Assembly: GCA_049693675.1 (NCBI GenBank)
Contig: JBAVQD010000048.1
Coordinates: 2,324 to 66,323, forward strand
Source: Candidatus Sulfotelmatobacter sp.
GTDB lineage: Bacteria; Acidobacteriota; Terriglobia; Terriglobales; Acidobacteriaceae
Direction of reading: 5' to 3'
DNA: 64,000 nucleotides
The translations under genes were made by a program, and so were the position numbers. Under the pieces are notes generated by a model. It had not been told where the DNA came from. It made no database searches and saw only the letters and a list, made by a program, of their open reading frames with translations. This document shows positions 45,928-54,022 of the stretch, piece after piece. Numbering within the stretch: the first letter of the stretch is position 1; the number at the start of each line of letters is the position of its first letter.

Positions 45928-46707
45928 TTAGGCTTCGAGAGCTTCTGATGGCAAGCCAAGAGGTGGAAGGGATTCAACAATCTTTGCGGTCTCAAGGCTC
46001 ACTGTAATTACCTGCCCGATCAGGCGAAGGATATATTCCTTGTCGTCGGCACGGTTGGGGTCGTTAGTGATGCCACTGCGCTTGTCGGTCGACACTTGGT
46101 ATTGATCGATGACCCATTCCAGCCCGGAGCGGTTGCCGAGGCGGTATTCGTAGGTTTCCTTTGGGATGCCGCTGAGAGTGAGGAACTGGTTGTAGGTTAG
46201 CGTCGACCTGTCTTTGCTCAACTTCATTTTCGTGACGGCGTAGTCGAGTTTCTCTCCCGCCTTTTCTACCTTCGTGAGCTTGTATTCGGGTTGTTGTTCG
46301 TAGTGAACGTGGATTTCGGCGAGGCGCTGGCCAGCCTTCACGAACGCCTCAAACACACCGATGTCATCCTGAGGACCGCGTTCTTTGCGGGCCGAAGGAT
46401 CTATGTACTCGCTGGCAGCAGCGGTGCTGTCGGCGAGTTGCATGGGTCCTTCGTTGGGAGTCCTCGGCGAAGCCGAGGACTCCGCTGCCTCAGGATGACA
46501 GTCGGTGGTGTAGGAGGCGAAGGGAATGCGCGGAAGTTCGCGGCGGAGGTTGGCGGCGTAGCGCTCGCGGTACTCGGGGTGGTGCAGGACGGCGTAGACG
46601 TAGTGGAAGATGTCCCACTTCGTGATGGAGGGGTCGTGGTACTGGGCGCGGAACTGTTCGAGGGCCCAGTCGGTGATGTTCTCGCGCTGATGGCGAGCTG
46701 CCTTCCG
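45928..46707 (-). pseudogene. C-terminal remnant of a type ISP restriction-modification / COG4889-type helicase-methylase
   Basis: The frame is open from just after a TAA at 46708-10, with no start codon. RENITDWALEQFRAQYHDPSITKWDIFHYVYAVLHHPEYRERYAANLRRELPRIPF ... YRLGNRSGLEWVIDQYQVSTDKRSGITNDPN. The helicase and methylase portions are absent. Confidence 0.7.
46362..46500. mobile_element. pair of inverted REP/MITE-like units (TGTCATCCTGAG...GAAGGA(T)C family) inserted in the restriction-enzyme remnant
   Basis: 13-bp perfect termini tgtcatcctgagg / cctcaggatgaca. The reading frame stays open across the element. Confidence 0.65.
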
Positions 46708-47004
46708 TTATCCACTCTAACCATGTGACATCTACCCTTGCCTCCGCAATTTCAATCGACGATCATGATCAGGGCGCGACGCTCAGCGACTCGAAAAACC
46801 GTCACACCCTAACTCCTTTGTCTCACATGTTTTGATGGCTAAGTGCTTTAGACCTTCGGATTTGCGGCGATTTTGTTGCTAACCCGATGATTCTAAGAAA
46901 TGAGGGGGGAGGGGGTATCCAGTTTTGGCCGCAAGAGCGCAAAGCGGGTGGCCACGGCAACGTCGACGCCGGCACTATTTCCGGGTCATCTGCGGCACCC
47001 CACG

Positions 47005-47772
47005 CTAGTTCTGCGCAAGGGCGTGCGCGAGGGGCGGAGCCGCCGTCGATTTGGCCTGAGGGTGGGCAGGGACGGCTTTGTGAGTCGAGGTCTTAGTGAC
47101 AGGTGGCGCAGCGGCGGATTTGGCGGCGAGTTTCTTTTTGTTGAAGTCGCGGACGATGCGGGCGACGTAGGCTTTGGTTTCGTAGTAGGGAGGGACTCCG
47201 TTGTATTGCTCGACGCGCTGCGGTCCAGCGTTGTAGGCGGCGAGGGCTTTGATGAGGTCGAAGTTGTAGCGCTCGAGCAGGGTGCGGAGATAGCGGGTTC
47301 CGGCTTCGACGTTGGCTTGCGGGTCGAAGGCGTTGTGCACGCCGAGTTGGCTGGCGGTTTGCGGCATGAGCTGCATTAATCCTTGTGCGCCTTTGGGCGA
47401 GATGGCGTGGATGTTGAAATCGCTTTCGGCGCGGATGACGCTGGTGACGAGATCGGGATCGAGTTGATAGGTGCCACTCGCGTCTTTCACGGTTTGAGTG
47501 AGGTCGAAGGGATGAGGAGCGATGGCGGTGGGCTGCGGGGGCGGAGCGGGAGTTGGCGGGTCGGGGACGGATTCGAAGTGGTCGATATCGGCGGTGGGAA
47601 TGTCGACGAAGTTGGATTGACCGCGGTCAATGTAGAGACGAGTGATGGTGCCAATGGTTTGGCGATGGTTGTGAGCGATGGAGAATCCGTTGCGGAGGAT
47701 CGCGGAGTCGGAGGCGAAGGCGAGAGTTGAGAGCGACGCGATGCAGAAAGCGAGTTGGAGCGATTTTTTCAT
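47005..47772 (-). CDS. lytic transglycosylase (SLT domain), secreted
   Basis: Signal peptide MKKSLQLAFCIASLSTLAFA. SLT motifs VIRAESDFNIHAISPKGAQGLMQLMPQTA and AAYNAGPQRV. Confidence 0.9.
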   Translation of the reverse strand: MKKSLQLAFCIASLSTLAFASDSAILRNGFSIAHNHRQTIGTITRLYIDRGQSNFVDIPTADIDHFESVPDPPTPAPPPQPTAIAPHPFDLTQTVKDASGTYQLDPDLVTSVIRAESDFNIHAISPKGAQGLMQLMPQTASQLGVHNAFDPQANVEAGTRYLRTLLERYNFDLIKALAAYNAGPQRVEQYNGVPPYYETKAYVARIVRDFNKKKLAAKSAAAPPVTKTSTHKAVPAHPQAKSTAAPPLAHALAQN

Positions 47773-47798
47773 CTCGCGTTCTTCAAATACATCCCTCA

Positions 47799-47866
47799 GG
47801 GACTAAAGCCCGAATCGACTTGATGCTCTACGCGGCGCTGAAGCGCCGCTCTTCCACGGTACTCTA
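47799..47866. repeat. about 68-bp two-hairpin REP element, copy A
   Basis: gggactaaagccc ... cgcggcgctgaagcgccgctcttccacggtactc. Paralogue at 53161..53227. Confidence 0.75.
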
Positions 47867-47905
47867 TGCGCTGCACTCGACGAACCGAGTCCAACCGGTC
47901 AGCGC

Positions 47906-48790
47906 TCAGTTTCCAATTACATCGGCGATGGCGGCGGCTACGCCGCAATTGTCGTTGCCTAGTGTGATGCTCCAGCCGCGGGAACGGAGTTCCTCGCAGG
48001 CATTTCCCATGATAACCGGATGGCCGGCGAACTCAAGCATTTCGACATCGTTGTGGTTGTCACCGATGGCCATGACCTGGTCGCGATGGAAGCCTCGGTG
48101 GGCGGCCCAGCGGGCGAGGGCGTGGCCTTTGGAGCATCCGGCGTTGAGGACGTCGAGCATGGAAAGATCGCGCTCGGGATATTCGGTGCGCAGGACTGTG
48201 ATGCGGTTCTCGAGGCCGGCGGCCTCGAGGGCGCGTAGGGCTTGGGCCATGCGGGGCATGGATCCGCAGAACATGGTCTGGATGGGATCGGTGACGAGGG
48301 CGTTTTCGAGGGGGATGACGAACTCGATGTAGGCCATGTTTTTTTCGAGCCAGCGGCGGATGCTGGCATTGAGCGCGTCGAGATGCTCGAGGACGATGGC
48401 GCCTTTGGTTTCTTTATCAAAGGTAAGAACGGTGTGGCCGCGGAATTCTTGCATGGCGGTGCAGAGGTCGAGGCAGGTTTGGCGGGGCATGAGGTCGCGG
48501 TGGAAAGTCTCGCCGGAGAGCGAGCGAGTGACGGCGCCGTTGGAGCTGATGAGCCAGAGATCGAAGCCGAGTTGCTGGGCGATGGGGAGAGCGAAGGTGT
48601 GGCGGCGTCCGGTGACGAGGACGATTTCAATGCCGGCGGCGTGGGCGCGGCGCAGCGCGGTGAGATCGTCTGGGGAGATTTGGAATTGAGGGTTGAGGAG
48701 GGTGCCGTCGATATCGGAGGCAAGCAGGCGGATGGAGCCGAGAGCGGAGTTCTGGGCGCGCCTTGGCGAAAGGCTGACGGTTTCAGTCAC
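47906..48790 (-). CDS. HAD-superfamily hydrolase, Cof-like (subfamily IIB)
   Basis: LLASDIDGTLLN, VLVTGRRH, AIGDNHNDVEMLEFAG. Confidence 0.85.
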   Translation of the reverse strand: MTETVSLSPRRAQNSALGSIRLLASDIDGTLLNPQFQISPDDLTALRRAHAAGIEIVLVTGRRHTFALPIAQQLGFDLWLISSNGAVTRSLSGETFHRDLMPRQTCLDLCTAMQEFRGHTVLTFDKETKGAIVLEHLDALNASIRRWLEKNMAYIEFVIPLENALVTDPIQTMFCGSMPRMAQALRALEAAGLENRITVLRTEYPERDLSMLDVLNAGCSKGHALARWAAHRGFHRDQVMAIGDNHNDVEMLEFAGHPVIMGNACEELRSRGWSITLGNDNCGVAAAIADVIGN

Positions 48791-48829
48791 ATTGTTATTG
48801 TGACATATGCTGGATGAGGCTTCGCCGAG

Positions 48830-49021
48830 TCAAGCTTTTTTGCGTTTGTCCATGGCGACGGGAAAATTGATCAGGTTGTAGGTGGCAACGTTGTGAGCAT
48901 TCTCGATGAGCGCGGTGATGGCGCATCGAAGTTCGAGGATTGCTTTTTCCAATTCTTCTCCGTGCGCAGTGTCGATCAACGAACAGAGCTGGCGCACGCG
49001 CTCTTCGGGGGAGGTTGCCAT
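48830..49021 (-). CDS. small hypothetical protein (63 aa)
   Basis: ORF with helical-looking sequence and a weak SD. No family recognised. Confidence 0.4.
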   Translation of the reverse strand: MATSPEERVRQLCSLIDTAHGEELEKAILELRCAITALIENAHNVATYNLINFPVAMDKRKKA

Positions 49022-49141
49022 CCTGTAAGAATTGCAGAAAGTACGAAGAAATGCTGTACGGAGTTTAAGGTAGAGAACCTTAAGGCTTACTCTGTAGTGA
49101 GAGAATGCTCATCCGCTTTGGCGTGTTATATTTCGCATTCC

Positions 49142-49879
49142 ATGGGATTTCTCTTCTTCCTCTTCCACTGGTGGTCATTCTTGCTGATGGCGGTGGCGAT
49201 TGTGCATTTCATTCGCCGACGTCCGGATTTTTATTGGATTTTTATTATTCTTTTTCTGGGATGGATTGGGGCGGCGATTTATATCGTGGTCGAAGTGATT
49301 CCGGATGCAGGGCTGCTGCGTAGTTCCTTTCAGGTATTTCCGCGGCGGCGAAGGATTCATGAATTGGAGCGGGCGATTCTGGATAATCCTTCGGCGGGAA
49401 ATTATGAGGAGTTGGGGCTGTTGTATCTAGATGATGGAGATTTTGCCAAGGCGCGGGGATGTTATGACCGGTCGATTTCGCAGCGGGCGGATTCAGTAGA
49501 TCCGTTCTACCGGCGCGGAGTTGCGGAGATTGAGTTGGGAGATTTTGCCGCGGCGGTTCCGGACCTGGAGAGAGCCGTGGAAGAGGATCCGACGTATGAC
49601 TTTCATCGTGGGATCGGGCTGCTGGCGCATGCTTATGCGCAGACCGGGAAGCCGGAAAAAGCCGAAAAGCTCTTTCGGGGAGCGACGAAAATTTCTACCA
49701 GTTCGGAAACTTATTACAACTACGCTTTGTTTTTGCAATCGCAGGGGCGAGTGGAGGAAGCGCGGCAGTGGGTGCAGAAAATTTTGGATAAGCGGGCGAC
49801 GATGCCGGGGTATCAGAAGCGGCGGGAGCGGCCGTGGTTTCGGAAGGCTTACGGGATGATGGCGCGGTTGCGGTTGTAG
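49142..49879 (+). CDS. membrane protein with PLD-nuclease-N-terminal-like TM pair and TPR repeats
   Basis: Start moved to MGFLFFLFHWW. FLLMAVAIVHFIRRRPDFYWIFIILFLGWIGAAIYIVVEVIPD, then TPR-like GNYEELGLLYLDDGDFAKARGCYDRSI ... YNYALFLQSQGRVEEARQWV. Confidence 0.7.
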   Translation: MGFLFFLFHWWSFLLMAVAIVHFIRRRPDFYWIFIILFLGWIGAAIYIVVEVIPDAGLLRSSFQVFPRRRRIHELERAILDNPSAGNYEELGLLYLDDGDFAKARGCYDRSISQRADSVDPFYRRGVAEIELGDFAAAVPDLERAVEEDPTYDFHRGIGLLAHAYAQTGKPEKAEKLFRGATKISTSSETYYNYALFLQSQGRVEEARQWVQKILDKRATMPGYQKRRERPWFRKAYGMMARLRL

Positions 49880-50089
49880 GCGGTTGTAGAGATTATGATA
49901 GGAAAACAACAATTTAAACAGGTCTAAGACTTGCCACCATTCGCGCCTTTATGGACGTAATCCGGCCCTTGGCCCTGAAGAGGTACATAGACTGGGACGG
50001 TGCTCTGCGAATCTCGATTCGGCGGCGCGTCGTCCGCACCCCGTTGGGGAGTCGATTGAGCGCCGGAGGTCTGGTTTGGACTCGTCATT

Positions 50090-50635
50090 TTAGCCTCTGC
50101 GAACGAAACACATAAATACTTGAGCTACCACAATTGTATAACATAAGAGGCCGGCCAAGACCAGCAAACTAGCGATCTTGGCATATGTGACCTTCTCATC
50201 GAGGATCTTTTTGTTGGCGCGAACCGATGCCACCAAGTCGCCGGGAAAAACTGTCTTCAATTCGCTCACATCGAGATCCGCCCCTCCTACGAGTTTCTCG
50301 TAATCAAAGCCGATTGCGAATTCGCGGACCCGTAGCGCGAGCAGGCCAAAAACTGTCGATAGGAAGCTACAAAGAAGACCAATTCCGAAGAAAAGTACGA
50401 CCCGCAAAGAAAATATCGGGGTACCGCTGAGTTGTATTGGAGTGGTTGCCTCCGCCGCAGCGAGCAGCAAGAATCCCAAGATTTCAACGATCGACACCAC
50501 CACGAAGCCTACAATCACGCCTGTTTTGGAATCCAAGGCATCGAACATGTCGATCTGATCTCTTATCTTGCTAATTCCCATCTCCCAAACAAAGTCAATC
50601 GAGCGGGGAGTGTCCGTCGGCCTCAGGAAAGGCAT
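50090..50635 (-). CDS. hypothetical 3-TM membrane protein in a locally AT-richer segment
   Basis: 181-aa ORF with TM segments VIVGFVVVSIVEILGFLLLAA, VVLFFGIGLLCSFLSTVFGLLAL and IASLLVLAGLLCYTIVVAQVF. A faint DxLDSKTG motif is reminiscent of DUF5706/Pycsar-effector-type N-termini; this is not established. Confidence 0.55.
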   Translation of the reverse strand: MPFLRPTDTPRSIDFVWEMGISKIRDQIDMFDALDSKTGVIVGFVVVSIVEILGFLLLAAAEATTPIQLSGTPIFSLRVVLFFGIGLLCSFLSTVFGLLALRVREFAIGFDYEKLVGGADLDVSELKTVFPGDLVASVRANKKILDEKVTYAKIASLLVLAGLLCYTIVVAQVFMCFVRRG

Positions 50636-50684
50636 GATTTAGGCATGTTAAGCTGCGGATCGCTTATCTGCAATTATTCTTAGC

Positions 50685-53150
50685 TTAATAGCGGTCGTTG
50701 GTGTCGATGTTGAAGCCGAGGATGGCGTTGACTTCGACGGGCTGGGAGCCGCGCGTGGCTGGGCGGAATTTCCAACTGGGTAACGCGGCTACGATTTTTG
50801 CGGTCATGGTGGCGGGGCCGGGTTCGAGGACTTGAAGATTTTTTAGATTGCCGGAGGCGTCGAGTTTGCATTTGATGACGACGCGGGCGTGGGGAAGATT
50901 TGCGGGGAGGCTGGTGCGGAGGCCTTCGGGTCCGGTGAGCGGGCCGGCGTTCGGGTGGGAGCTGGAGTCGGCTTCGGCGAATTGCATGACGACGGTGCCA
51001 GCGGGAGTGTCGACATAAACGGTGTAGTTATCGCCGGGAAGTTTGCCGTAGAAATCGAATGCGCCGCCGGAGCGGGAAGTGGCGACGATGGTGATGGCGG
51101 GACCCTGGTCGGCTTTGACGGAAGAGCGGCCGGGGACGGTGGGCGCGCTGCTGTTGCTGGCGTCGAAGCTGGGGAGATTGACGATGGCGCTGCCGCCGCG
51201 AATATCGACGCCGGGGGCAGCGGATGATCCGGTAGGCGCGGTGCCGGCTCCGCCGGGGCCGGGGGTGGGAGAGATTCCGCCGCGAGCATTGGGATCGGAG
51301 CCGTGGCCGGTTCCGGATTTTCCTGCGCCGGAGTTTTCTGCCGTGGTTTTATTGGATAAGCCGCTGCCGGGGCCGGAACCGCTGCCAATTCCGGAGCCGC
51401 CTCCGGAGCCGCCGATGCCGGGTTTATCTCCACCTGAGGGAGACATCGCGAGTGACCCTTTGCCTCCGGTGCCGGGCAGAGCGCGTTCGGAGCCGGGAGT
51501 GGTGGATACGACTACTCCGGAGTTGTCTGTGTTTCTGGCCGAGGATTTGGGTGGGGCGAGGGGTGAGCCGATATCTCCGGGAGCGCCGCGTCCGATGCCT
51601 GATCTGCCAGAACCTGAGGGACCCAAGTCGGCTGAGGGAGGCGGAGGGATAATGTTGCTGGCGAATGAGCCGTCATTTCCGGAGCCAATGGAATTTCGGG
51701 CGCTGTTCGGAGAGCCTGCGGCTGCGCTCGGTGGCCGCGGGACGATGGTGGAAACATTCGGCGAATATCCGGAATATTTTCTGAACGATCCTGAGGAGCT
51801 TGAACCTGAGTTGGCGGCCGAAGGTGGCGGCGGGATCACCGAGGGTGAGGATTGGGATCGTCCGGATGAGGCGCCTAGAGATGAGGAGCCGAGATTTGAG
51901 CGCGAGATTCCGGCGCTGGGCGGAGGCGGGATGATGTTTGTGGCGAGAGAGGCGCTTCCCGTATTGCGTTGTGGGACAGCTTCTGCGGAAGTGACCGCTG
52001 GCGGGGGTGGGACGACATCCTGGGTGCCGAAAAGTTTTCCGATGATGCTGCTGACAAATGATCCGTTAGCCGGTTGCGAGGGTGGTGGTGGGACCACAGT
52101 AGGCGCGGGCAGATTGAGTTTCGCGGTGCGCTGAGTTTCGCGCGCGGGCGCGGAGACGGGCGGCGGAACGATGGTGCTGTTCATCTGCACGCGAGAGGGA
52201 GAAATTTCGCGGGCGATTGACGAAGGTGCGGGAGCGATGATTGATCCGTTGAGAGCGGGAGCGGAACGGGCCTGATCACGGCTGACGCGAGCTGACGCGG
52301 GAGCGATCACGACGGAGTTGAGGGATGGGGCGGCTGCGTGGGTACGGTCGCGGGAAATGTTTGGGGCGGGAGCGATGATGGTGGAATCCAGTTTGGGCGC
52401 GTAGAGAGTGTGCTCGGAATGGACGGTGGGCGCGGGTGCAACTACACCTGCATTTAGAGCTGGGATGGAGCGTGAGTTTGGAGAAGAAATATCCGGAGCT
52501 GGTTGGATTATGGAATTGTTGAGCGTGAGAGCGGCGCGGGATTGATCTCGCGCGATCTGCGAAGGCGCCGGGGCGATCACATTCGACGTGAGACTAGGAG
52601 AAGTTAGCGAAGAGTGCAAGCCTTCCAGGGGCGGTGGTCCGGGGATGGATTTTACGGCGAGGAGATTGGCCACCGGGTTTGGGGAAGAGGGAAGCTTGAC
52701 GCTGGGAGCGTCGACGACTTTCGGGACGAGTGAGGCTCCGCGAGCTACGTGGATGGTTTGAGTACGGTGATGCGCTTCCTGGCCGCCAGCGTGGCCGGAG
52801 GCGCCGGATTGAGATCCACCTAAATCCTGGGTGCGGGGGAGTTCGTTGGCGGAGTAGTAGATGACCTCCTCGCGCTGGATGCGCGGGGCGGCGTAGGGAC
52901 GGAGATTGGCGACTTCGCGGGGGAGCACGATGACGACGAAAATCAGAAATGCTTCCAGGAGCAGAGACGAAATCAGGCCGCGGTAGGGAAGGATTCCGAA
53001 GGGAGCTTCTCCAGCGAGGCGCGGTGCGGAACGTGAAAAAGCAGGACGGATGGAGGTGGTGAACTCCTGCCAGCGCGGAGACCACTCGACCAGAAGCTTG
53101 GGAGCGTCGTGGAGGGTGGTGAGTTCTTCGGGTTGGAGAGTTTCAATCAC
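50685..53150 (-). CDS. TonB-family protein with very long repetitive Pro/Ala/Ser/Gly-rich linker
   Basis: GTG start. TM segment LISSLLLEAFLIFVVIVLP. About 8 repeats of the (I/V)(I/V)APAP motif with a 22-23-aa period. C-terminal TonB-like domain VVIKCKLDASGNLKNLQVLEPGPATMTAKIVAALPSWKFRPATRGSQPVEV. Confidence 0.8.
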   Translation of the reverse strand: MIETLQPEELTTLHDAPKLLVEWSPRWQEFTTSIRPAFSRSAPRLAGEAPFGILPYRGLISSLLLEAFLIFVVIVLPREVANLRPYAAPRIQREEVIYYSANELPRTQDLGGSQSGASGHAGGQEAHHRTQTIHVARGASLVPKVVDAPSVKLPSSPNPVANLLAVKSIPGPPPLEGLHSSLTSPSLTSNVIAPAPSQIARDQSRAALTLNNSIIQPAPDISSPNSRSIPALNAGVVAPAPTVHSEHTLYAPKLDSTIIAPAPNISRDRTHAAAPSLNSVVIAPASARVSRDQARSAPALNGSIIAPAPSSIAREISPSRVQMNSTIVPPPVSAPARETQRTAKLNLPAPTVVPPPPSQPANGSFVSSIIGKLFGTQDVVPPPPAVTSAEAVPQRNTGSASLATNIIPPPPSAGISRSNLGSSSLGASSGRSQSSPSVIPPPPSAANSGSSSSGSFRKYSGYSPNVSTIVPRPPSAAAGSPNSARNSIGSGNDGSFASNIIPPPPSADLGPSGSGRSGIGRGAPGDIGSPLAPPKSSARNTDNSGVVVSTTPGSERALPGTGGKGSLAMSPSGGDKPGIGGSGGGSGIGSGSGPGSGLSNKTTAENSGAGKSGTGHGSDPNARGGISPTPGPGGAGTAPTGSSAAPGVDIRGGSAIVNLPSFDASNSSAPTVPGRSSVKADQGPAITIVATSRSGGAFDFYGKLPGDNYTVYVDTPAGTVVMQFAEADSSSHPNAGPLTGPEGLRTSLPANLPHARVVIKCKLDASGNLKNLQVLEPGPATMTAKIVAALPSWKFRPATRGSQPVEVNAILGFNIDTNDRY

Positions 53151-53160
53151 GGTTTGAACC

Positions 53161-53227
53161 GGGGGCTAAAGCCCGCGTCATTCTGCGCTTTACGCGGCGC
53201 TGAAGCGCCGCTCTTCCACGGTATTTT
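53161..53227. repeat. about 68-bp two-hairpin REP element, copy B (partial third copy at 53254-53282)
   Basis: gggggctaaagcccgcg ... tacgcggcgctgaagcgccgctcttccacggtatttt. Confidence 0.75.
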
Positions 53228-53346
53228 ATAAGTCCATGATGGTTCGCAAGGCCTTCGAGCGCCGCTCTTTACATGGTACTCAAATGGGCTCGGGATAGTT
53301 CGGAAGCTTTGAAGCGACGCTCGCCTAATTCTTCGAGCGATTGGAT

Positions 53347-53727
53347 TCAGACGCCCTCCTGGAGTTGGATTTCTATTTTATCGCCAAGTGCGGTTTCTGT
53401 TTGGGCGATGGTGTGGGTCGGGAGTTCGAGCACTGACGCGGCTTGCAGGCGAACGGGGGCGAAGCGCCAGGGTTGGAGATTGGCGATGACGTGTACGACA
53501 GTGTTAGCGCGATCGAGGTAAAGCACGTCGATGGGATAGCGCATGGCTAGAGTATGCACGCCATGGCAGGGGCGAATCCAGAGGCCGCAGTCGTTACGGA
53601 AGTCATCCGCGGATGCTCCCAGCAGGCCGCGCAGACGGGACCAATGGGTCTGGGCGACGGCGAGGTGGGTGGCGAGAAAGCGTTGGCGGGTTTGGTTGAA
53701 GGCGTGGCCGCGTGGAGTGAATCCCAT
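53347..53727 (-). CDS. DUF192 (COG1430) domain protein
   Basis: GLWIRPCHGVHTLAMRYPIDVLYLDRANTVVHV...VLELP. Confidence 0.8.
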   Translation of the reverse strand: MGFTPRGHAFNQTRQRFLATHLAVAQTHWSRLRGLLGASADDFRNDCGLWIRPCHGVHTLAMRYPIDVLYLDRANTVVHVIANLQPWRFAPVRLQAASVLELPTHTIAQTETALGDKIEIQLQEGV

Positions 53728-53754
53728 AAGCTGGAAAATGTGCGAGAGTTTCAG

Positions 53755-53835
53755 GCGTCCCTACGGGACGCGTTCTGATCGACTGTCTACCCGGCGCTGA
53801 ACGTGCCGGGCTATTGTCAGACGCCCCTCCGGGGC
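53755..53835. repeat. composite three-hairpin REP element (inverted relative to 41470..41556)
   Basis: gcgtccc-tac-gggacgc, cccggc-gctgaacgt-gccggg, ctattgtcag, gcccc-tcc-ggggc. Confidence 0.7.
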
Positions 53836-53895
53836 ATCTTTACGTCTGCGATGTTAAAGGTTGAGAGTCTTCCCAATTCTTCTATTCGATCATTG

Positions 53896-54021
53896 CCAGT
53901 CATTCCTGGCTTGTCATTCCCAGTCTGTTATTCCGAGCCAGTCATTCCGAGCCAGTCATTCCTAGCCAGTCATTCCGAGCCAGTCATTCCGAGCCAGTCA
54001 TTCCGAGCCAGTCATCCCTTA
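53896..54021. repeat. 14-bp tandem repeat, 9 copies (ccagtcattccgag consensus), ending 1 nt from the tadC stop codon
   Basis: Units counted by hand: 53896, 53910, 53924, 53938, 53952, 53966, 53980, 53994, 54008. The four central units are identical or differ by 1 nt. Confidence 0.9.
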
Positions 54022-54022
54022 A

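Noticed and set aside
47959-48723. 254-aa Pro/Ser/Ala-rich ORF on the minus strand overlapping the HAD hydrolase gene; similar ORFs 50843..51433(-) and 51079..52134(+) lie inside the TonB-like gene
   Set aside because: These are off-frame readings of genes with recognisable motifs. They are low-complexity sequences without starts or SDs of their own.
49924-50088. 54-aa ORF (MTSPNQTSGAQSTPQRGADD...) as a confident CDS
   Set aside because: It has a disordered Pro/Gln/Gly composition, no SD and no family match. It is kept only as a remark in a finding.
53896-54021. Possible CRISPR array
   Set aside because: The 14-bp units are directly tandem with no spacers, and no cas genes are in the window.
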